Made by a program: the position numbers and the translations under genes. 59,068 nucleotides of DNA from an uncultured Clostridia bacterium (lineage in GTDB: Bacteria > Bacillota > Clostridia > Christensenellales > CAG-917). Each line of letters starts with the position of its first letter. Position 1 is the first letter of the stretch. Of the stretch, positions 36,988 to 47,700 are shown piece after piece. The stretch spans positions 1 to 59,068 of the forward strand of contig CANREO010000001.1 in NCBI GenBank assembly GCA_947629635.1, written 5' to 3'. The notes beneath the pieces are model-generated. The model was not told where the DNA came from. It worked only from the letters and a program-made list of their open reading frames with translations, and ran no database searches.

Positions 36988-37614
36988 ATGCGCAAAAAGC
37001 CGATATTCAATATTGACGAAAAACCCGCGGAGGAAAGGGAAGCGGTAGAAAGTTCCGTTGAGAAAAATCGCTCCAAAGAAAAGGATCGTAAAACCTCTTT
37101 CATAAGTAAGATAAGTTTGATATGGTCCATTCTGTCCGCCCTTTATATGATCGTCGTCACTTGCGTTTTGGTGTCGAAAAAATGGGTGACCAGCACGATG
37201 AGCTATGTGTTGATCGCGGTGCTTGCGCTCTACATCGTCATTTTCGTCGTTCTTATTTTATTTGCTTTTCGCGATCCGAAGCGGTCAAAAAAACAGGTTA
37301 AGGTGTATAAAAAAACGCTGGGCATCTTCAAGGCGTTTATAAATGTTGCATTTATCGGCCTGGCGATTGCGGATGCCATAGCTGTTGCACAGAGCGACGG
37401 TTCGGGCTTCATAAAGATATTTTTCGTGGTGCTTACACTGATCGTGGCCATTATCAAATTGGCGCTGAAGATTACGCTGTTCACGCTTAAAACGGTGCGA
37501 AAATACCGATATAAAAACTACAATGTAAGCATAGAGAGCTTTGTGGATGGTAAGCAACAAAAAAAAGGGACGTTTGTGAAGTTGCGCGAAAGGCAGTACA
37601 ACAAAGAAAGATAA
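36988..37614 (+). CDS. membrane protein, function unknown
   Basis: 208 aa. A charged N-terminus is followed by about four hydrophobic helices. Confidence 0.55.
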   Translation: MRKKPIFNIDEKPAEEREAVESSVEKNRSKEKDRKTSFISKISLIWSILSALYMIVVTCVLVSKKWVTSTMSYVLIAVLALYIVIFVVLILFAFRDPKRSKKQVKVYKKTLGIFKAFINVAFIGLAIADAIAVAQSDGSGFIKIFFVVLTLIVAIIKLALKITLFTLKTVRKYRYKNYNVSIESFVDGKQQKKGTFVKLRERQYNKER

Positions 37615-37635
37615 TTGAGGAAAAATAAAAAATTA

Positions 37636-37656
37636 AAGGGCGCGTCTCGCGCCCTT
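37636..37656. terminator. bidirectional terminator
   Basis: AAGGGCGCG-tct-CGCGCCCTT with T-run 37661-37667. It lies between convergent genes. Confidence 0.85.
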
Positions 37657-37666
37657 ATGTTTTTTT

Positions 37667-38260
37667 TCAGCGAGTTGCGTTGCGGCGTCTCGGCTGACCT
37701 GCAAGTTGCAGTTGAATACGCTTGGATTCGCTCTCGCGTCTCACGTCGGCGACTTGTCTCATTATACGTCGCGTCAATCGATCGGCGGATTTTACGCCTT
37801 TGATGTTGTAGGGCTGTTCCGCGTCGGATATGATAGTCACCGTGCCTATGCCGAGTATGCGCTGAAGCCCCGATTGTTCCGTTTCGATAATGCGGATCTC
37901 GCATATAGGAATTACCGTATTTCTCACGGAAAGAACTCCCTCACGGAAAACGATCTTATCCTCTGTGACGATCAACTCCTTGGAGTTGAGCGAAATTGCT
38001 TCCGCGATCAAAGCCAACAGAACGATTATTGCCGCTCCGAGGAGGACCCATCTCATCACGTTATCGGTGAGATAAATCGCTTCGGGTTGCTTTGTAAATA
38101 TGCCCTCGATTTTGTCGTTAAGGCCCCAAAGTACGCCTATGACAGCTCCCAAAATGACGGCGAGCAAGACCTCCCTGAAATAGACGCAGGAGGAAAATTT
38201 TGCCTTGGCAACGATACGTTCCGATTTTGAATATTTTCTTTCAAGCGTTTTCATAAACAC
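37667..38260 (-). CDS. bacterial PH domain (bPH2, YdbS/YdbT-like) membrane protein
   Basis: Two TM helices, then ..ELIVTEDKIVFREGVLSVRNTVIPICEIRIIETEQSGLQRILGIGTVTI.., typical of bPH2. Confidence 0.7.
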   Translation of the reverse strand: MFMKTLERKYSKSERIVAKAKFSSCVYFREVLLAVILGAVIGVLWGLNDKIEGIFTKQPEAIYLTDNVMRWVLLGAAIIVLLALIAEAISLNSKELIVTEDKIVFREGVLSVRNTVIPICEIRIIETEQSGLQRILGIGTVTIISDAEQPYNIKGVKSADRLTRRIMRQVADVRRESESKRIQLQLAGQPRRRNATR

Positions 38261-38264
38261 CTCA

Positions 38265-40220
38265 TTACTTTAAACATTTAGGGAATTGCGTTATGTGCAA
38301 CAGCGAGCATCCGACAGGCAGGAATATTCTCTCCAAACTTTCTTCCGAGAAGACCGGCTTGGAGGGGATTTGAGTGAAGCCGTTGACGTCATAATCCCAA
38401 TTTATCACGTTTTTGCATCTTATATGCAGCTCAAACGGAGGAGTTTCGAAGGAAAACGGCGTAGACGATATCTCGTTTACGGACGTTGTTTCCGCCTCAT
38501 AAAGCGAGCGATTGCCGCCGGCGCCGCGTCTTGTCAACATGGGCGCGACATTCCATTTTTTTATAAAGTTGACATAATAAATTCGCCTGTCTTCCTCGCT
38601 TATTTTTATATCGCATGGCATCTTCAGCGACATCAACAGATTGCCTTTATAGAGACTGAAACTGTTTTTGCCGACTTCCTCTACGGTGAGAGGGATGTCC
38701 ATCTTCAGCATGAAAGTGCTGCCTGTGCGCAGGGTGCACTTTACGGAGATCTGTTTTGTGCCGCTCGCGACGACCTGTCCGCCCGAGATGAGTTGCATCG
38801 TCGTGTTTTTGGGCACTCGGAAGTTGATTTTTACCTGCGGCTCTCCCGAAGTATGTTCCACCTTAAACACTACGGTATTTCTAAACGGGTAAGACGTGCG
38901 CTCGCTGAGCGTCAATTTGCATCCGTCCACAAGCATATCCATCGTGCAGGGAGTGTAGGTGAGGAAGTTCAGCTCGTTGTCCTTTACCATACATGCAGCT
39001 TGCATATACAGGGGGAAAGCGCTGAGCGCCGAGATCGCCCCACGCGAAAGCTTTTTTGTGAGATATGCATTGGAATATTCGCTTTCCGATAGCGGCATCG
39101 TGCGAGTCGCGGAGGACTCGACTTGATTGACCAGCGTCACGTCTTGCACTGCGGTGCAATCCGCGAAGCAGGCGGTCGGGACTACATTGAATACTATGCG
39201 CTCCAAAATATCGGCGAGGGAGTAATCCGCCGTTTCGCGCAAAACTTCCACAAGCGACTCTATCATTTCGACGGACGCTCGCAGATCTATGCCGTCCGTG
39301 GGAGCGCCTTCGCGCAAATGGAAATCGGATGCGAACATGCCCATGGGGGTCCCGTGATATTTGTTGAGTGCGTTTATCAATTTGACGGACAGATTTTTAA
39401 GGTTATCGTCGCCTATAAATCTGCCGTAAGTAGCGGCGTATTTTGCCGCTTTAGCCAGGTTTACGCCGTCCGTCTCTATTGCCGGGAGCTGTTTTTTCCA
39501 CTGTTTTTGCACGAAGTCGGCAGTGAGCGGCTTCAGCTTTTTTGACGGCTGAGCGGAGAGAACGTCGTACGTTTCCACTATTTTTTTTATGCGTTTCAAA
39601 GCGCCCGGAGATACATATTTGGCGTAGCCGCGTTTATATGGAAATTTGTCCGCCAACCTAAACCAATCGTTTGAAGCGTCGCGCAATTTTTCGCCGAGAT
39701 CGTGCAACCACTCCAGATCGGTTTCGCGATATACGGCCTCTATGGCAGGTATCTCTTCGAGCAGGCGCGCTCTGGAATCATACCAAAGCGGCTTCATCGA
39801 AAAGGTGTTGAACTGATTTTTGAAAAACCTCTTCAAGAAGGGTAGTATCTTTTCGTTTCCGGTGGCCTCGTAATATGTTAGCAACGCCTTGACGCCCTCT
39901 ATCTTGGGCGTGGATGTCATACGGCCTTTGGGACCGAAATCGCCGCCCTCGTTGGCGCTGGACAATATGGTTTGCAAAAAACTGGTCGCCTTGTCTTGGA
40001 GATGCTTGTCGTCAAGCGCCGCTCCGAGAAGAGTGATGCCGCGCACAAAACGAGGCAACTCCTCCGAACTCTCCCACTCGCCGTTGCGCACAAGACCGCG
40101 CAAAGCACCGAGGCGGCGTTGAAGGTTTGCCATAAGCGTCATCTCGTCAAGCAACCAACCTGTGGGTTTGATCGCACCGAGTGGCAACTTTTTGAGATTT
40201 TTGTCCACGGATCTTGCCAT
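38265..40220 (-). CDS. six-hairpin glycosidase-like protein (GH127/DUF1680-like, tentative)
   Basis: About 650 aa. N-terminal KLPLGAIKPTGWLLDEM resembles beta-L-arabinofuranosidase-like families. Assigned from memory only. ATG 40220 is preferred over GTG 40298. Confidence 0.4.
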   Translation of the reverse strand: MARSVDKNLKKLPLGAIKPTGWLLDEMTLMANLQRRLGALRGLVRNGEWESSEELPRFVRGITLLGAALDDKHLQDKATSFLQTILSSANEGGDFGPKGRMTSTPKIEGVKALLTYYEATGNEKILPFLKRFFKNQFNTFSMKPLWYDSRARLLEEIPAIEAVYRETDLEWLHDLGEKLRDASNDWFRLADKFPYKRGYAKYVSPGALKRIKKIVETYDVLSAQPSKKLKPLTADFVQKQWKKQLPAIETDGVNLAKAAKYAATYGRFIGDDNLKNLSVKLINALNKYHGTPMGMFASDFHLREGAPTDGIDLRASVEMIESLVEVLRETADYSLADILERIVFNVVPTACFADCTAVQDVTLVNQVESSATRTMPLSESEYSNAYLTKKLSRGAISALSAFPLYMQAACMVKDNELNFLTYTPCTMDMLVDGCKLTLSERTSYPFRNTVVFKVEHTSGEPQVKINFRVPKNTTMQLISGGQVVASGTKQISVKCTLRTGSTFMLKMDIPLTVEEVGKNSFSLYKGNLLMSLKMPCDIKISEEDRRIYYVNFIKKWNVAPMLTRRGAGGNRSLYEAETTSVNEISSTPFSFETPPFELHIRCKNVINWDYDVNGFTQIPSKPVFSEESLERIFLPVGCSLLHITQFPKCLK

Positions 40221-40227
40221 ATCGTTT

Positions 40228-40256
40228 AGTTTAGCACATTCCGAAATATTTTTCAA
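40228..40256 (-). promoter_or_regulatory. promoter abutting the GH127-like start codon
   Basis: On the minus strand: TTGAAA (plus-strand tttcaa 40251-40256), 17-nt spacer, TAAACT (plus-strand agttta 40228-40233), then 7 nt to the ATG. Confidence 0.35.
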
Positions 40257-40381
40257 CCGTGTTGACAAATAGTATGCAATATTTTGTGTTTTAAGCACAT
40301 ATATCGTCGGTGCGTTTGCGTATACGGCGTTTTATTATGCTTTTTTCGACGTTTTAAGCTCCGATTTGCGCGCAATGAAGT

Positions 40382-41290
40382 TCACAACATAAGCTCGCCC
40401 GGGGTGATGAATACATATGTGATGAGAGCAAGGAAACCCGCCAGCAAGACCAAGTGGAGTATATATATAATCAGGGCGTGTCTGCCGATAAAGCAAACGG
40501 GTTTATTCCATTTGCCGTTCAGGCGCGGCAGCAACGAACGACGGTCGCCGTAGAGGAAAGGCGCGATCGCCACACCGGCGAAGTAGTACGCCGCATGAGG
40601 AATGATCGTAAACAGATCGCCGGGAGAAAACTCGTTCTGCCTGTAAAATGGGGACGGATTTCCGTAAAAATCTTCGGTCGGGAACACGATCCCGAAAAAT
40701 TTAGGCGTTGTGGGCGGCGGCGTGTAGCAGAAATATAAAATGAGCACAATGCCTATTATCCCCACGCTGCATACGGATATGCTTCGGCTGTCGCCTCTGC
40801 AAAGAAACTCTGTAAGGGCGTACAAAAGGATACAAAACGCCAAGAAGTTGAGCACACCGAACATCACGGTTATTCCGCTTATGCCGAGTACTTCTTCTCC
40901 GAAAATCGTGATTATGCTGTAAACGGTGGCTATCAGCCCGAGTTGGGCTCCGCGCTTCAAATTGGAGCGAGAAAGCGTGCAGGATATGCCGGAGATCGAA
41001 AAAAATACAAAAAGAACGACATTATGCGCTGTTTCCCACTCTTCGCTGCCCATCCACTCGTAGCAAAATCTGCTGAAAGCGTCGCCTTTGCCCATATAAT
41101 ACCAATTGTTGCCGAACCAACCGTAACTGAAGACAACTATCAGCATGGTGAGATGGTCGAGTACCATGAGGAGGACGCAAATTCCGCGCAGAAAATCAAG
41201 CTCCCAAATGCGTTGAAATTTTTGATGAAGATATCGCCTTTGGAGCTGAAGGGGGATTTCTCCGTAGCTATATGGCAACTTTGCGTTCAT
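40382..41290 (-). CDS. DUF1624 / heparan-alpha-glucosaminide N-acetyltransferase-like membrane protein
   Basis: RIWELDFLRGICVLLMVLDH N-terminal signature. Polytopic. Confidence 0.7.
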   Translation of the reverse strand: MNAKLPYSYGEIPLQLQRRYLHQKFQRIWELDFLRGICVLLMVLDHLTMLIVVFSYGWFGNNWYYMGKGDAFSRFCYEWMGSEEWETAHNVVLFVFFSISGISCTLSRSNLKRGAQLGLIATVYSIITIFGEEVLGISGITVMFGVLNFLAFCILLYALTEFLCRGDSRSISVCSVGIIGIVLILYFCYTPPPTTPKFFGIVFPTEDFYGNPSPFYRQNEFSPGDLFTIIPHAAYYFAGVAIAPFLYGDRRSLLPRLNGKWNKPVCFIGRHALIIYILHLVLLAGFLALITYVFITPGELML

Positions 41291-41678
41291 ACCGCGAGTA
41301 TATCACGGAGCGGTTTAAGTGTCAAACAACTTAAACTCAATCCGATTTTGCAAAACGGCATGTCTGTTTTCGGCACAGAAAAAACACATATATTGCAAAA
41401 ACAAGCATGCGCCGTGGCTGCGCGCATATGCAAGTCGTTTATGTCGAGATCAAAAAACGTTTTGAGAAACGGGTTTATGATAGAAACCTAAAAATATTTA
41501 GCTTAACGATCGCACGGCAAAATTTTTATATAAAAGTCGAAATTTTGCGGATCGATTAATTCAGAGATGCAATTTTAAATAAAAAATATACGGTTAGATG
41601 CCGAAAAACCATTAAAAAGTAAGAAAAATTCGGAATTATTAAAATTTCAGTAAGATTTTGGATGTTGGCATTTGCGTA

Positions 41679-41707
41679 TTGACAAAGACGGTATAGCGAT
41701 TTATAAT
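41679..41707 (+). promoter_or_regulatory. consensus sigma-A promoter of the giant ORF
   Basis: TTGACA 41679-41684, exactly 17 nt of spacer, TATAAT 41702-41707. The intergenic region is AT-rich. Confidence 0.65.
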
Positions 41708-41769
41708 TGATGCGTATAATAATCTACGCATATGCGCGTAAGCACATATACGCAGATTTGGAGGGAATT

Positions 41770-44700
41770 ATGAGAAAGCCAAAATTTGCGGTCGTGCTGT
41801 TGCTTTGCTTGGCGGTGCTGCTCACAGTAGTACTTGCCGCTTGCGGCCCGATTGAAGACCCTTCGGGAGAATTGCCCGATCTGTCCAATCCGGGAGAAAG
41901 CAACACTCCGCCCACCGTTGACTCGGGGACGCTTATTTCTTCGCAGCAGGCTTGGAATCTGATAAAAGATGCCGCTTATGCAAGCTCCGCCGAGATCAAG
42001 GACGCGAGATATATCCGCTTTGACACATCCTTTGTGCTGGGTTATGCCAAGGATGATTACAAGAGCGTAGTCGTATTGCGAGTGGCCGGTGATTTCGACA
42101 CGACGCCTCCGACGAGCCAAAGCGTCGACAGCAGCGAGATGTTGCTTGAACTGAGAAGTTTCGCAAAAGACCAGATCGAGGGCGTCGGTAGCGAAGAACT
42201 GTCATATATGGTGGCGCAGGGCGAGGGCAAATTGCTCGTCGGAGTATATTATTACGAAGGCAAAATCGTAGCGGACCTGAGAGGACTCAAGCGCGACGCC
42301 GGCGTACATATTCTTTACACCGAAAATATCAATCTCACCTCATTTGCGGATAAGTTGGACGATATGCTTCAACAGTTGAACATATCGGAGCTTGTCTTCG
42401 AAGATCTGTTCGGATACAATCTCGGAGGACTGGTCGAGTCCCTCCTGCATCTCAATATTGTCGATTTGACGATTGAAGATATCCTTTTGAACATCGTTAT
42501 GGCAAACGCCAAAGCGCGCGTCATTGACAACGGCAACGGCAGCAGCACGGTCATTATTCCTTGCGATCTTTCCCTCATCGCCGGGATACTTCCGCTTTTG
42601 GACGGCGTCATTCCCGAAAATATAATTCAATTGGTAAACAGCGTCGTCGGTCTCGATTTGGGCAAACTCGGCTCGCTCGCCGGTATGGCGCTTTGCATAG
42701 AGGCGAATTTGCAAAACGACGGTTTGAACGATAAACTTGTCGGCATTTCGACCGATATCGACCTCAATTTCAATTCCGGCAACAACCAAACTTTGTTGGA
42801 TAAATACGGCGCATTCCAAAACGACGTAGGCATAGAGCTCGGCTACTCAAAAGCTCAATTCGTCGGCGCGCCGGAGCTTGACGTGGTGGGCATGCTTAAA
42901 GCCCGTCCCGAAGCAAGCGGCTCGAATTTCTACAACGTTGCACAGACTGCGACTCGCTATTCCATTCTTTCATTCGAGGGATCTATAGGTTTGACCGTCG
43001 ACCTCGCCGAAAGACAGATAGTGCCGCAAAATGTCATAAATTCATTCGGCACTTACCTCAATGGACTCATCACAAACAGCAAACTGAGCGAAAAACTTCT
43101 TGAAATCATCGAAGCCACTCTTGCAAGAGAGGATCTGTTGCATATAAAACAGAGCAAAGTTCAACTTACGCTCAATATCCAAGCGCTCATCAACACCCAA
43201 AAACCGAGCGAGACGAGGATAGTGGTCGAATTGACTCAGAGCAACGGCAGAGTTTTGCTCGGCGCATATTACAGGGCGGACGAAAATGCCCTTTACCTTG
43301 AGGCAGGGGGGCTCGCCGGCGCCGACGGAACCAAGTTTAAGATCGCCAACTTTGATATTTTCAAAATAGTAGACGACCTTACGGATAAGGCTTTCAACGC
43401 GATCCTGGGAGCAATAAACAGCTTGGGCGGCGAGGCCAAGGCCCAATATGAAGAAGGATTGGCAAGCGGCGCTATCGTGAGGCAATACTCCGCGATCACG
43501 GCGGACGACGGCACTCAAATAGGCGATACAATCGGCCTTATACAAGCGATAATTGACAATATCGATCTTGTCAAAGACGGCAATATTTTCAATATCAGCC
43601 AGATCAAGGTGACGCTGACTCAAGATATCCTCAACTATATCTTCGGCCTTGTGTTCACGGGCAATTTGTCGGGGCTTGAAATACCTATTGTAGGCGAGCC
43701 CACCATCACGTATAACAACCTCGGCGTGGGCGAAAATAAGACTTTGAACATCAGCCTCAAGTTAAGCGACGATCCGTCCGAGGAGCTGTTGGGACTCAGC
43801 ATAGACGGACAATTGAAATTCGGCTCCATTACCGATGAGAACGCTTTCAGAAGTAAATTTGCTACAAGAAACAGCAGAGCGACCGATTATTTGTCCATTA
43901 TGCAGAACGGACAAATAAATACGGAACTTTTGCATATCGACGTGACAGCCGGATTGGAAATCGACGTCAGAGCGCTCGAGGGCGTGCTCGGCACTTTGGG
44001 CATTGACATCAAAGATTTGGCGATAGGCGACAATTTCAAAGGGCTGCTTATCAACATATTGCTCGAACTCGGCAACATAGACGGCGGCTTGAAACTCGAC
44101 GTGGACGCGCAAATCGACTTGTCGGGCGGCGCGAATGTGGAATCTTTGCTGAATTCCTCCGCGAAGTTGGTCATAAGCAAAGTGACCGACGATTCGCCCG
44201 TGCTTTCGATATATCTGCAGAACGGCGATCTGTATGTCGACGCGCATTTGCTTTGCTTGAATGTACAAAAAATCAAGATAAATTTGAACGATATCATAAA
44301 TAAGTTTGCTAAGCCTACGTCTGAGGACACGGCTTATGTGGCGGAAGAACCCACGCCTACGGACGGCAAAGATAACCTTGCAAACATAGTCGGTGTGTTG
44401 CTCAACGCGATCGACAATATCGAAATAAGCAGCAAGGCATTGTCGCTTGCATTCTCCACAGCGGTATTGGACGATATTTTGAAGGCCATAGGCACAGAAT
44501 CATTGGAAATTTCCTTTGACAGCACAAATCTCGAAGGCGGCATCAGAATAGGCATCCCCAACGGACTCAGTTTGCCCGATCTGAGCCTCGGCGTATTCCT
44601 CGCAGTGGGCGACAACGTCGATTTGGACGTGTCGCTAGGCGGTTTGAGCGTTGGATTGCATGAGGAAAAGAAAACATATTTGAGGGAAGAAGAAACAGCC

Positions 44701-47700
44701 CTTTATACGGAGATCTTGCGCCAACCTTATCTGTCTCTGGATCTCACCATGGGCTTGGATTTCAATGCCGACGAAGGCAGCACGGATATGGAATACGGCA
44801 TGATAGGCACGCATTGGAAGTCCGGTGAAAACTATTATGAGTTGACCGATCCGCAGCACCCTGTCCCGAGCGATTATTACGGCTTGTATTATTATTGCGA
44901 TGAAGACGGAGTTTATCACGAGGCAAATTACAATCTCACGACGCTGTATTTCGGCAGCGAAGTGCAGATAAACTATGAGTTGAGGCTTGCGGGCAGACTG
45001 GATCTGTCTCCGCTTGTGGCTTATCTCATGGGGGATAACTCCATTGTCACGAGAAATAACAATTCGGAACTCTCTCTCGAACTTGTCGGAAAGAAGTTCG
45101 GCGAGCAAGAGAAGAAATTGATCGGCATCTATTATACGGGTGAAGCTTTGTACTTGGATCTGAGCAATTTCGGATTTAACAGGGTCACGGCGGACATAGA
45201 TCTATTTGGAATAATTCTCGGCTTGCTCACAAAGGACAGCACGGTGGTGCTCAATTATGACGTAGGCGCAAGTTCCGAGGCCATGGTCGCCGACGCCGCG
45301 GCGTCGGATGAAAACACAAAGCGTCAGCTTGCATTGTCTATCGTAGCTTTGCTCACTTCATCCAACCTTTACGTCGAGTTGACTCAAGGTCTTGTGACGA
45401 CGTTGTTTGAGTTGACCGGCATTGACGCGACCAATATCACGGCGTGGCTTGACGTCGCATGGGATGAGCTGGAAAATCATGACGATAAGCCTTTCCGTCT
45501 GCATGCCGCGATCAACAACGCCAGCAACGAGCCGATAGGGCAATTCGAGTTGTACGCAAGTAAAATCGATATCACCGCCGGCGGCGCGCTTGAACAGTTG
45601 AAAGTTATGGACGGCGAGACGGAACGTCCGTTGAGAGAATATTTGAACGACGGCGAAAAGAATGACTATACCGAAATTCAGCTGTTCAATCAATACGGCG
45701 ATCTGACCATACCCACCATATATGCTTCGCTTGAAGGCACCATTTCCATGGGCGCGACAGAGAGCGACACTTGGGATATCGGCTCGTGGATAGCGGCGGT
45801 ACTTACGGGTATAGATAAGACGATTGAAAACGAGCGACTCGACTCATTCGTCAATAAATTGATGTTGCAACTCAACACTCCCGTTGCGGCGGAGAGGGAA
45901 CTCGGTTTCCGCATTGCGCTGAATTTGCGTCTCAACAACGATTCGGCGATAAATGTGTTGCAAAACGCAATATTCACGGAAATAGACAGACAAAATATTG
46001 CAAAATACAGCGAAGTATACAAACTTGTAGGCACCAACTATAAGCAGCTTACGGCGGAAGAGAGGACGACATATCTCGATACGATATATCTTAAGGAATA
46101 TATCTCCGGCGGAATAAGTTTGACGGAAGTCACTCAAGTGGGATATACGGGCGACGCGTACGTATTGCTTGCCGACGGCAATTATGCCAAGGTCTCGGTG
46201 ACGCAGGACAATATGGGCGATTTTGCCGAGGATAGGTTGTTTACGACGGCAGCGGTGACGGACATCGAATACATATTGTCGCACTCCGACATCGCAATCG
46301 AGATATTCAATACCAATATCGCGGAAGCAAGCGCGGAAAATATTATTTTGGGCTTACATTTGGTGTACACCGGCGACAGTCTGGGTTACAGCGCCAGCAC
46401 ACTGTATTTGGACCTGAGAGACGACTTCCACCTCTCGTTTGCAAATCTTGACCTTGCCAAACTCATCGGATCTTTGATGAATCCGTCAAAGGATAACGGC
46501 ACCGACGCACCGGCAGCGGCGACAGCCGCGGAGACTAGAGCGTCTTCGTCTACAGACGCAAACAACGGATTGCTGGGTACCGTATTCGGCTTGCTCGGAT
46601 CGTTTATAAGCAGCGTGGGCATGGACAGCAATTATGCTAAAGTCAATATTGCCGAGGGCCTTGTTGCGGTAGTGCTCAATATGATCTTGGGCGCGAAGAT
46701 AAACCCCGAAAAGTTTATCCGACTCAACTCAGACGACAGCTATCTGAGCTTTGCATGGGAATACAATTTGCAGTTGCAACTTGCGATAGATCCCATATAT
46801 TTGGGCATAGAAATAAGCAAGATAAGTTTCAATATCGGCACGAATACAGGCGTATTGCCCGATGATTTCGACCCGTCGATCTACACGGGCATAGAGAAGA
46901 TGGACAACATTTCCGTAGACCTGCAGCTCGACGCGGATCTGCAATTGAAGGGGCAGGACGAGGAGATACGTCTGGAGGATTATCTTGACCTGTTTGTTGC
47001 GGATATCGGCCTCAAACTCGGCATTGAACTGAGCGAGACGATAGAGTACAGCCTCAGCCTCAATGTAGGCACAAATCTTGTGTTGAGCGATCCCGACAAC
47101 ACCGAGATCATACTTTCGCTCGTCAATAAGATGACAAATGAAAATGTGCTCGCCATCATCGTCAAAGGGCCCAACATTTACATTGACTTCGGCAAGCTCG
47201 CAAGTCATGCATTCTACATTACGGGCACCGAAATAGCGGATCTCATCTGCTCTTCCATAAGCAATTTGCTCAACAGCGCGCAAAGTTCCATGGGACAGGG
47301 CTCAGGCGAGGCGCAGATGGCGGCAAGCGGAATATCCTCCGATATGACGGTAGAGGATGTGATGAACGTCGTGCTAAACATCGAGTCGGGCAGGATAGGA
47401 CTGCTTGTCACTCAAAACGTGCTGGTCGGACTTATAGCCGCACTTACGGGAGGCAACTCGATATATGTAGAGATAGGTGCGGACGACGTGTATGACGACG
47501 CGTACAGCGAGAGATTCGAAAAGAACTCTTCAGGTAAATTCGAGCCGAGCGTAGAAGGCGCTTTTGTAAAAACATATCTTGTGAACAAAGTTAAGGCGAC
47601 AGCGCTCGAAAGCAAGGAAGGCGCAGAGCAAGTTTACATCGCAACGTCTGCCGGCTACGTGCTTGTCGATCCGGCACTCATCTCGGACGGCAATGTTACA

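Noticed and set aside
40943-41491. 182-aa plus-strand ORF reaching into the gap before the giant gene.
   Set aside because: Most of it is antisense to the DUF1624 gene, which has a clear family signature. It has no SD.
41710-41769. In-frame ATG at 41710 as an alternative start of the giant ORF (adds MRIIIYAYARKHIYADLEGI).
   Set aside because: It lies 3 nt after the -10 box, so it is probably outside the transcript. It has no SD and would bury the lipoprotein signal peptide. ATG 41770 has GGAGGG upstream and a canonical signal peptide.
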